A DNA stretch of 64,000 nucleotides, taken from positions 449,785 through 513,784 of the forward strand of contig CAVXEY010000015.1 in assembly GCA_963760885.1 (NCBI GenBank). Reading direction: 5' to 3'. Under the pieces are notes generated by a model. It had not been told where the DNA came from. It saw nothing but the letters and a program-made list of their open reading frames with translations, and did no database searches. This document shows, one piece after another, positions 18,959 to 27,251 of this stretch (its first letter is position 1; each line of letters opens with the position of its first letter). Position numbers and translations under genes: made by a program. The stretch comes from an uncultured delta proteobacterium (GTDB taxonomy: Bacteria; Desulfobacterota; Deferrimicrobia; Deferrimicrobiales; Deferrimicrobiaceae).

Positions 18959-19980
18959 ATGCCGGATCCCGCAACGCTGGCGGCCGGATGCATCCTGGCA
19001 TCCCTCGTTCTGTACGCACTCTTCGGCGGGGCCGATTTCGGGGGAGGCTTCTGGGATCTGCTGGCGCGGGGTCCACGCGCGACCGATCGGCGACGCCTCA
19101 TCGCCAAGGCCATCGGCCCCGTGTGGGAGACGAACCACATATGGATCATCGTGGCCATCGTGGTCCTCTTCACGGCGTTTCCCGGGGCGTTCGCCGTCGT
19201 CTGCACGGCCCTTTTCGTCCCGCTGACGATCGTTCTCGCCGGGATCGTCCTCCGCGGGGCGGCGTTCGCCTTCCACGCATACCGCCTCCACGAGAACGGA
19301 CCGTGGGACGGTGGGGGGCCGTTTTCGCCTCGGCAAGCCTCGTCACGCCGGTCTTCCTCGGGGTCGTGTTCGGGGCGATCTCCTCCGGGCGGATCCGCGC
19401 GACGGACCCGTTGGCGTTCACGGGAGACGCGAGGTTGTGGCTCTCCCCTTTCCCGATCTCCGTCGGGTTCCTCGCGCTGGCCTCCTTCGCCTTCCTCGCC
19501 GCCGTTTACCTCATCCTCGAGACGAACGACCCGGGACTGCGGGAGGAACTCCGCCGGGAATCCTTCCGGTCCGCAGCCGCGCTCGTCCTCCTCTCCGGGC
19601 TGACCCTGGCGCTGGCCGCCGTCGATGCGCGTGCGTTCTACCGGGCCCTCACGGGCAGGCCCTGGTCGATACCGCTTGTCGCAGCGGAGGTCGCGGCCGC
19701 CTCGGTGGCGATCGCCTCTCTCGCGCTGCGCCGCTACCCGCTCGCGCGCGCCTGCGCCGCCGCGCAGGTATCCCTCCTCCTGATCGGCTGGGGCATGGCC
19801 CAGTACCCGTATCTCGTCCGCCCGGACGTCACCGTATTCTCCGCGGCCGCATCTCCCGAAACGCTGCGGCTCCTGCTCGGCGCGCTCGCCGCGGGAGCCG
19901 TCCTCCTATTCCCGGCGATCTTCCTCCTCCTCCGGGTGACCAAGCGGGAGGCGATCTCGGGAACTCCCCGCACCCCATGA
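18959..19980 (+). CDS. cydB: cytochrome bd ubiquinol oxidase subunit II, interrupted by a -1 frameshift in G6 (19313-19318)
   Basis: ATG at 18959 after GGGGGAAGGAG. ORF 18959..19603 carries the N-terminal half (MPDPATLAAGCILASLVLYALFGGADFGGGFW...) and ORF 18988..19980 carries the C-terminal half. G7 restores ...HENGPWDGGGAVFASASLV.... Confidence 0.75.
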
Positions 19981-20828
19981 TCCCGTACTTTCCGCAACCC
20001 TCGTACCACCTGTTCGGCCCGGTCACCATCCACGCGTTCGGGGCGATCGTCGCCCTTGCCGTGATCGTCGGCTGGAATATGGCCTTTGCCCGCGCCCGCA
20101 AGAAGGGCCTCGACACCAAAATTCTCGAGGACCTCCTGCTGTATGTGGTCCTCTCCGGGTTCGTCGTCGCCCACCTCTATTCCGTCCTCGCCTATTTCCC
20201 GCGGGAGGCGATGGAAGACCCGCTCCTTCTCCTGAAATTCTGGGAGGACATCAGCTCCTTCGGGGGGTTCGCCGGGGGACTCTTCGGGCTCTGGCTCTTT
20301 TTCCGATTCAAGGCCCGGGATGTCGATGCGACGACCCGGCTGCGCTACCTGGACGCCATCGCGTACGTCTTCCCGTTCGCGTGGGCGATCGGGCGCCTCG
20401 CCTGCTCGGTCGCCCACGACCACCCCGGCACGGTCACGACGTTCCCGCTGGGGATCAGCCTGAAATCCCCGGAGGCCCAGGCCTACATCACTTTCTTCTA
20501 CCGGGAGGCCGGCCGGCTGGCGGAACTTCCTCCGCCCGCGGTCCTGTCGAAGATGGCGTTCAACGACCTGGGATGGTACGAATTCCTCTACATGGCGATC
20601 CTCATGGTCCCGGCCTTCCTTCTGCTGGACCGGAAACCCCGCCCGCCGGGGTTCTTCCTGATCGCCTTCCCGCTCCTCTACGTCCCGGTCCGCTTCCTCC
20701 TGGATTTCCTGCGCATCGCCGATGTCAGGTACCTCGGTCTGACCCCCGCGCAGTACGCCGGCATCCCGGTTTTCATCGCCGCGATCTTCTTCATGGTTCG
20801 CATTACCCGGTGGAAAGAGAAGGAGTAG
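19977..20828 (+). CDS. lgt: prolipoprotein diacylglyceryl transferase
   Basis: Start MIPYFPQPSYHLFGPVTIHAFG at the ATG 19977, overlapping the cydB stop (ATGA). 283 aa polytopic protein with an Lgt-like N-terminal pattern and a conserved central His/Tyr-rich region. Confidence 0.65.
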   Translation: MIPYFPQPSYHLFGPVTIHAFGAIVALAVIVGWNMAFARARKKGLDTKILEDLLLYVVLSGFVVAHLYSVLAYFPREAMEDPLLLLKFWEDISSFGGFAGGLFGLWLFFRFKARDVDATTRLRYLDAIAYVFPFAWAIGRLACSVAHDHPGTVTTFPLGISLKSPEAQAYITFFYREAGRLAELPPPAVLSKMAFNDLGWYEFLYMAILMVPAFLLLDRKPRPPGFFLIAFPLLYVPVRFLLDFLRIADVRYLGLTPAQYAGIPVFIAAIFFMVRITRWKEKE

Positions 20829-20830
20829 CC

Positions 20831-21526
20831 ATGCCTGCAACGATCCACGCCGAAAAGCACTTCACCGCGTCCGAGTCCGTCCGCGACGTGGTGATCGGAA
20901 TGGCGGACGGGCTGACCGTCCCGTTCGCGCTGGCCGCCGGACTGTCGGGCGCCGTGAGCACCACCGGCGTGATCGTCATCGCGGGGCTGGCCGAGATCGC
21001 CGCGGGTTCGATCGCGATGGGGCTGGGGGGATACCTCGCCGCCCGGACCGACCGGGAGCACTACGCCTCGGAGCGCGCGCGGGAGTTCACCGAAATCCGC
21101 GAGATGCCGGCGGCGGAACGGCTGGAGGTCGCCGCCGTCTTCCGCGGATACGGCCTGGACGACCAACAGGCCGCCCCGGTGGTCTCGGCCATCTGCTCCG
21201 ACCCGGACCGGTGGGTGGATTTCATGATGCGGTACGAACTGGGGCTCGAATCCCCCGACCCGGGAAGGGCCGTGAGAAGCGCCCTCACGATCGGCCTGTC
21301 CTACGTCGTCGGGGGGCTGGTTCCGCTGGTCCCCTACATGGCGACCGGCAACGTGCTCAAGGGCCTCGCGGTCTCCGCCGCGGTCACGCTCCTCGCCCTC
21401 TTCGCGTTCGGAGCCGTGAAGGGGCGACTCACGGGGATCACGCCGCTGATCGGAGGTCTCCAGACCGTGGGCATCGGGGGGATCGCCGCCGCCGCCGCGT
21501 TCGGCATCGCTCGGTGGATCGGGTAG
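20831..21526 (+). CDS. VIT1/CCC1 family iron/manganese transporter
   Basis: ATG at 20831 after GAAGGAG. ...VVIGMADGLTVPFALAAGLSGA... and the C-terminal TM bundle match the VIT family. Confidence 0.7.
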   Translation: MPATIHAEKHFTASESVRDVVIGMADGLTVPFALAAGLSGAVSTTGVIVIAGLAEIAAGSIAMGLGGYLAARTDREHYASERAREFTEIREMPAAERLEVAAVFRGYGLDDQQAAPVVSAICSDPDRWVDFMMRYELGLESPDPGRAVRSALTIGLSYVVGGLVPLVPYMATGNVLKGLAVSAAVTLLALFAFGAVKGRLTGITPLIGGLQTVGIGGIAAAAAFGIARWIG

Positions 21527-21623
21527 AGGGCGGCGCGGACGGTCAATCCAACTGGCGCCCGAATCCTCGACGTGTCAATGGGGTGGAACCCGGGGAACTC
21601 CCGGGGGAGGAAGGGGCGGGAAG

Positions 21624-22916
21624 GTGCGGGGTCGAGGCATGGGGCCGGAAGACGAAAAGGAATCGGTTCGACCCGGGGGGGAGGACCCTCCGCCGGGAAA
21701 GACGGGATCGGGGCGTGCCGAAGGCCGTGGTGGCCGCTGGCGGGGGGATCCCCGCCGGGTCTTTCGCTCGGGAACCACCGTCCTGCTTCTCGTCGCCGCC
21801 CTGGTTGCGGCGTTCGCCGTGTACTGGTTCCGGTACAGGCCGTGGGTGTCCACCGACGACGCCCAGGTGGATGGCCACATCAGCACGGTCAGCGCCCGGG
21901 TCGGCGGATACGTAACGCGTGTCAACGTGGACGACAACCGCACGGTGGAGGCCGGAACGATCCTGGCGGAGATCGACCCCTCCGGGTACACGATCGCGCT
22001 GGATAAGGCGAAGGCGGAGCATGCCGACGCGGCCGCCTCCGCGGAGGCGGCGCGCACCGGCGTTCCCATCGCTTCCGTGACCACCGCCGGCCAATTGACG
22101 ACCGCCAGGGCGGTGGTGGAAAACGGCCGCGCCGGGGTCGTCGCGGCGGAAAGGCAGCTCGAAGGCGCGCAGGCGCGGGAGCGGGAGGCGGAAGCCAACA
22201 ACACAAGGGCGCAGAAGGACCTGCAGCGGTACGGGATGCTGGTGTCCCGGGACGCCGTGGCGCGTCAGACCTACGATCTGGCGGTCGCCACGGCCAAGAC
22301 CTCGGCGGCTTCCCTGGATGTGGCGCGCGCCGCGGCGCATGCCGCCGGGGAGCAGGTGGTCCAGGCCCGAAGTCGCCTGGCGCAGGCCCGGGCGGAGCTG
22401 CGGACGGCGGGCACGGGGCCGCGCCAGATCTCCATCTCCCGGGCGCGGGCCGACAGCGCGGACGCCGCCGTGAAAATGTCCGAAGCGGCCCTGGAGCAGG
22501 CGCGGCTCAATCTCCAATACACGAAGGTCGTGGCGCCCGTCTCCGGGATCGTCGGGAACCGGACGGTCGAGGTGGGGCAGAACGTCTCGCCCGGCCAGGC
22601 CCTGCTCTCCATCGTGCAGGTCGGCGATCTCTGGGTGACCGCCAACTTCAAGGAAACCCAGATCCGGGGGATGAAGCCGGGGCAGCCGGTGCGGATCTAC
22701 GTCGACGCGAACGGCCGGACCTACGAGGGTCGCGTGGACAGCATCGGGGCGGCGAGCGGAGCGCGCTTCAGCCTGTTCCCCCCCGAGAACGCCACGGGCA
22801 ATTACGTGAAAGTGGTGCAGAGGATCCCGGTGAGGATCGTCTTCGAGAACGGCCAGGACGTGGAGCGGATGCTTCGTCCCGGCATGTCGGTGGAACCGGA
22901 GGTGAAGGTGAGATGA
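21624..22916 (+). CDS. emrA: HlyD/EmrA-family membrane fusion protein of an MFS-type efflux pump
   Basis: It has a single TM after a ~50-aa N-terminal region, a long coiled coil (AEHADAAASAEAARTG...) and a HlyD-like beta-barrel C-terminus. Its stop overlaps the emrB start. The exact start is uncertain (21624 or 21639). Confidence 0.75.
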   Translation: MRGRGMGPEDEKESVRPGGEDPPPGKTGSGRAEGRGGRWRGDPRRVFRSGTTVLLLVAALVAAFAVYWFRYRPWVSTDDAQVDGHISTVSARVGGYVTRVNVDDNRTVEAGTILAEIDPSGYTIALDKAKAEHADAAASAEAARTGVPIASVTTAGQLTTARAVVENGRAGVVAAERQLEGAQAREREAEANNTRAQKDLQRYGMLVSRDAVARQTYDLAVATAKTSAASLDVARAAAHAAGEQVVQARSRLAQARAELRTAGTGPRQISISRARADSADAAVKMSEAALEQARLNLQYTKVVAPVSGIVGNRTVEVGQNVSPGQALLSIVQVGDLWVTANFKETQIRGMKPGQPVRIYVDANGRTYEGRVDSIGAASGARFSLFPPENATGNYVKVVQRIPVRIVFENGQDVERMLRPGMSVEPEVKVR

Positions 22917-24501
22917 CGTCCCCGGCGGCCCCCGACGCCGGGGGTGGCCGTGCGCGGGAGTGGCGCCCGCGCGCGAACCCCTGGCTCATCACCGCGGCGG
23001 TGATGCTGGCCACTTTCATGGAGGTCCTGGACACGTCGATCGCCGTCGTGGCCCTCCCCCACATCGCCGGCAACCTCTCGGCGACGACCGACGAGGCCAC
23101 CTGGGTGCTTACCAGCTACCTCGTCGCCAACGCCGTCATCCTGCCGGCCAGCGGCTGGTTCGCATCGTATTTTGGCCGCAAGCGGTTCCTCATCGCGTGC
23201 ATCGCCATTTTCATGGCGTCCTCCTTCGCCTGCGGCACCGCGGCCAGCCTCGGTTGGCTGGTCGTTGCCCGGGTCGTCCAGGGCGTGGGGGGAGGAGCGC
23301 TGCAGCCGATCTCCCAGGCGATCCTGCTGGAGAGCTTCCCCCGGAGAAGCGGGGCATGGCGATGGCCGCCTTCGGGCTCGGCGTGGTCGTGGCGCCGATC
23401 ATCGGTCCGACCCTGGGGGGGTGGCTCACGGACAACTACTCCTGGCGATGGGCCTTCTACATCAACATCCCGGTGGGAGTGGCGGCCATCTTCATGACGC
23501 GGGCGTTCGTGGAGGATCCCCCGTACATCCGCGACGCGAAAGCCGGGAAGATCGACACCATCGGGTTCGGACTGATGGCGGTGTCGATCGCCTCCCTCCA
23601 GATCATCCTCGACAAGGGGCAGCAGGTGGGGTGGTTCGACGCGCCCTGGATCCGCTGGTTCGCCGTCCTCTGCGCGGTGACGATGGCCGCGTTCATCGCG
23701 TGGGAACTTCACGTGAAGGAGCCCATCGTGAACCTCCGGGTGCTGCGCAACCGCAACTTCGCCGTGGGAACCCTCCTGATCACGTTGATGGGGATCGCCC
23801 TGTACGGCATGTTGACGCTACAGCCGCTCTTCCTCCAGACCCTGATGGGATACACGGCGCTGCAGAGCGGCCTCGCGGTCAGCCCGCGAGGCCTTGGGGC
23901 CCTGCTGATGATGCCGCTGGTCGGATACCTCACCGGCGTTATGGACAAGCGCGCCATGATCGGGTTCGGCTTTCTCCTCTTCGGCGCCACCTCCCTCATG
24001 CTGGGGAACATGAACCTGCAGGTATCCATGAGCAGCGTCGTCTGGCCGATCGCGTTGAGCGGGATCGCGTCCGCCCTGATCTGGGTGCCCCTGGCCACCG
24101 TGACGATGGGGACCCTGCGCAGGGAAGCGATGGGAAACGCCACGGGGATCTTCAACCTGATGCGGAACATCGGCGGAAGCATCGGGATCTCCGTCGTGGC
24201 GACCATGCTGGTCCGGAACGCCCAGGCACACCAGGCGAACATGGTCGCGCACCTGGTGCCGACCAACCCGGTCTTCCACTCCCGCTTCCTGGAGCTCCAG
24301 GGCGCGTTCCTCACCCGCTTCGGCCCGGTCGAGGCATCCCGCAAGGCGATGGCCACGATTTACGGGGAACTCCTGCGGCAGGCGAACCTGTGGTCGTTCG
24401 TCGACAACTTCCGCTTCGTGGCGTGGGTGTGCGTGGCCTGTTTCACCGCGATCTTCCTGCTGAAAAAAGCCGAAGGCGGCGGAGCGATCGGGGTTCACTG
24501 A
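22913..24501 (+). CDS. emrB: DHA2-family MFS drug efflux transporter (EmrB/QacA-like, 14 TM), frame interrupted by a -1 shift in a C5 run (23338-23342)
   Basis: ORF 22913..23497 (MTSPAAP...QAILLESFP) and ORF 22960..24501 (...PEKRGMAMAAFGLGVVVAPIIGPTLGGWLTD...) are two parts of one transporter, and C6 restores ESFPPEKRGMAMAAF. Confidence 0.75.
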
Positions 24502-24532
24502 TCCGGGGGACGGGAGGGACGGTTCGATCGGA

Positions 24533-25981
24533 ATGCTGACGAAACACGAAAAAAGCGCGTTCGGGATCCCGGTGCTGCTGTCGGTGGGCCTCGGTACGTT
24601 CATGTCCGCTCTCGACGCGAGCGTGGTCAACACCGTCCTTCCGGTGATCCGGGAGGCGTTCCACGCCCCGGTCGAGACGATCCAGTGGGTGGTGACGACC
24701 TACCTGCTGGTCATGGGCGGGCTGCTGCTCACCTTCGGGCGGCTGGGGGATCTCCGCGGGCACAAGCGACTGTACCTGTCCGGGTTCGCCGTGTTCCTCC
24801 CGGCGTCGGTGCTGTGCGGGGTCGCTCCCACGGAAGGAACGCTGATCGCCGCCCGCGTGCTCCAGGGCGTCGGTGCGGCCATCATCGTCTCCAACGCGCC
24901 GGCCATCCTGATCGGCAGCGTGCACCCGTCGCGGCTCGGGCAGGCGCTGGGGCTCCAGGCCGCGATGACATCCCTCGGGCTGGCCCTCGGGCCGTCCCTG
25001 GGCGGCTGGCTCACGGACCTGGTGGGGTGGCGGGTGATCTTCTTCATCAATCTTCCCGTCGGCGCGGTCGCCTTCCTTCTCGCGTTCCGCCACATCGCGG
25101 AGGACAGGCACCTGCCGTCCCGGAAGGAGCCGTTCGACGGGATCGGCGCCGTCCTCTTCCTGGCGGCTTTCTTCGCCCTGCAGTTCGCCCTGGGCCGCGG
25201 GGACTCCTGGGGGTGGGGCTCCGCGGCGACCGTGGGCGTTTTCGCCGCCAGCGCGGTCCTCGGTTACCTGTTCGTTCGCCGGGAAACGGCCGCCGTGTCG
25301 CCGATGGTGGATCTTTCGCTCTTCAGGAACCGCCTGTTTTCGATCGCCGTGGGCAGCGCCGTCGTCAATTACATCTGCGTGGCGAGCATCCTCTTCCTGG
25401 TTCCGTTCTACCTCATCCAGGGGCGCGGCCTGTCGGCCGCGAAGGCGGGAATCCTCATGACCGCCCAGTTCCTGGCCATGAGCCTGACCGCCCCCGTCAG
25501 CGGGATGATCTCGGACCGGGTCGGCTCCCGCGCGCCCGCCACGGCGGGCATGGCGATCATGGCCGGGGGGCTTTTCCTCCTTTCCGCCATGACCGGGGGA
25601 ACCCCTCTCTCTCTCGTGGCGATCAGCCTGACGGTGACGGGGGTGGGGGTGGCGATTTTCGTCACGCCCAACAACAGCGCCATGCTCGGTGCCACGCCGA
25701 CGGGACGGAAGGGGATCGCCTCGGGGATTTTGGCCACGTCGAGGCTCCTGGGCATGGCCACGGGCGTCAGCATCGCCGGCGCGATCCTCGTCGCCGTCGT
25801 CGGCGGCCAAACGACCCACGGTCTTCCCGCGGACAGGCTCTTCCGGGCGATCCATCTCGGATTCCTGACCGCGGGGATGATCGCGTCGGCGGGAGTCGTC
25901 CTCTCGGCGGCGCGCGGAGAAGGGAATGCCTCCGGGGACCGGCCGTCGGAGAAACCGGCGCCCGTCGAGGAAAAGGGATGA
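24533..25981 (+). CDS. MFS transporter (DHA2-like, 14 TM), intact paralog
   Basis: 482 aa with MFS signature regions (GRLGDLRGHKR, LQGVGAAII). Confidence 0.8.
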   Translation: MLTKHEKSAFGIPVLLSVGLGTFMSALDASVVNTVLPVIREAFHAPVETIQWVVTTYLLVMGGLLLTFGRLGDLRGHKRLYLSGFAVFLPASVLCGVAPTEGTLIAARVLQGVGAAIIVSNAPAILIGSVHPSRLGQALGLQAAMTSLGLALGPSLGGWLTDLVGWRVIFFINLPVGAVAFLLAFRHIAEDRHLPSRKEPFDGIGAVLFLAAFFALQFALGRGDSWGWGSAATVGVFAASAVLGYLFVRRETAAVSPMVDLSLFRNRLFSIAVGSAVVNYICVASILFLVPFYLIQGRGLSAAKAGILMTAQFLAMSLTAPVSGMISDRVGSRAPATAGMAIMAGGLFLLSAMTGGTPLSLVAISLTVTGVGVAIFVTPNNSAMLGATPTGRKGIASGILATSRLLGMATGVSIAGAILVAVVGGQTTHGLPADRLFRAIHLGFLTAGMIASAGVVLSAARGEGNASGDRPSEKPAPVEEKG

Positions 25982-25995
25982 CCGGCGGCGATTCC

Positions 25996-26505
25996 CTATT
26001 TAAAACGTTGCATGAATGATCCTCCCCCGGAGAGTTGGCACTCGCCCTGGCCGCCGCCGGCCATACCGCTTCGGGGATCGACAAGACGGAAGCGGCAGCG
26101 CATGCGGCGTCCACCGCCGGTTTCCAGGCTGGCAACCACTTTCCCGCTGTAGTATGTGGTGAACTGACTCGCGTCATACGGGTAAGGAAAAGGCTCGTCC
26201 TCGTATGGCCAGTCGTACCAGCCTTCGTTCCATCCATCCCACATGGGGGCGAGGGATTCGCGTTTCGTCTGGGAGGTAATCTGAAAGAACCGGCCCGTAT
26301 AGGTCGCGCCGGGCAGCGAGGCGATCATCGTACCGGACAGCCCCCCGTTCGTGCTCTTCCATTGGAACAGAACGGGCTCGTCGGATTTCCCCATGGCGGT
26401 CAATTCTCCGCGCCCCATGCCGGTGGTGGTGCAACCGGCCACCACCGGGAGCATCAGCAAGCAGGCCGCAATCAGTCGATGGAGTTTCATCGGACTCTCT
26501 TTCAT
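25996..26505 (-). CDS. hypothetical lipoprotein
   Basis: The lipobox is LLMLPVVAGC after MKESPMKLHRLIAAC, and the mature part is Gly/Tyr/Trp-rich. Start is at 26505 (GGAGG upstream) or 26490. Confidence 0.5.
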   Translation of the reverse strand: MKESPMKLHRLIAACLLMLPVVAGCTTTGMGRGELTAMGKSDEPVLFQWKSTNGGLSGTMIASLPGATYTGRFFQITSQTKRESLAPMWDGWNEGWYDWPYEDEPFPYPYDASQFTTYYSGKVVASLETGGGRRMRCRFRLVDPRSGMAGGGQGECQLSGGGSFMQRFK

Positions 26506-26531
26506 CTCTTCACCTCCAGGATATCCGCGAC

Positions 26532-27188
26532 TCATTTCTTCCCCGGGACGATCTTCCTGCCGAACTCCGATATGGCATTCCCCATATTTTTTAGGCCCTT
26601 GCCGACCTCTTCCGATACGTAGCCTGTGCCTGCGACAAGTTTGGCGGAAACCTCGCGCCCTTCCTTGATGGCCTTGGATGCGCCGGCCTTCAACTTATGC
26701 CCTGACCAATCCACCGCTTGTTCCATATGCTCCGCCGCCGAGTTGAGGGCCTCGCCGGTCTCTTTTGTCTTTTTCCGGGTCCACGATTCGGTTGCCTTGA
26801 CATAGTAATCATTAGCGATTGCCTGCTCGGCCCTTGAAAATGCGGCTTTTAATTTTTTATCCGATTTCACGGCCCCCTTTTCAACGGAATCCGCCAACTT
26901 GTCCAGTTCCCGGGTAGAGGCCGTAAGCATCTTTTTCCCTTCCTCGCCGGCGGCTTCCGTTTCTTTCTTTAGATAATCCGAACCTTTTCGTATCTCGGCG
27001 GCGGATGCCTTGAAATCCTTCTTGAGAAAGGACTCGTTGGCTTTTTGAAAGTCGGATCCCGGCTGGGCCGGCTGCGTTTTGACCGCTTGCCCGGTCTGGG
27101 AATATGCCATCGGGGGAGAAGCCGCCTGGTGAAAGGAAAGAATCGCGAACAAACCCGCCATCAAAAAGATCGTGCGCTTCATGTCCAT
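26532..27188 (-). CDS. secreted hypothetical protein, Lys/Glu/Ala-rich
   Basis: Signal peptide MKRTIFLMAGLFAILSFHQAASP, AAGGAGG RBS, start at 27182 or 27188. The mature part is low-complexity. Confidence 0.45.
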   Translation of the reverse strand: MDMKRTIFLMAGLFAILSFHQAASPPMAYSQTGQAVKTQPAQPGSDFQKANESFLKKDFKASAAEIRKGSDYLKKETEAAGEEGKKMLTASTRELDKLADSVEKGAVKSDKKLKAAFSRAEQAIANDYYVKATESWTRKKTKETGEALNSAAEHMEQAVDWSGHKLKAGASKAIKEGREVSAKLVAGTGYVSEEVGKGLKNMGNAISEFGRKIVPGKK

Positions 27189-27251
27189 GCCTCCTTTGTT
27201 TTTGAGGGTGAGCGACACCCGACTCCGACGTCTGGTTCATCCATTGTATTT

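Noticed and set aside
18003-19226. Interpreting ORF 17853-19226 as an independent gene overlapping cydB
   Set aside because: Its N-terminal part is an out-of-frame translation of upstream cydA codons. Only the segment from ~18020 onward matches CydA, so it is the downstream half of a frameshifted cydA.
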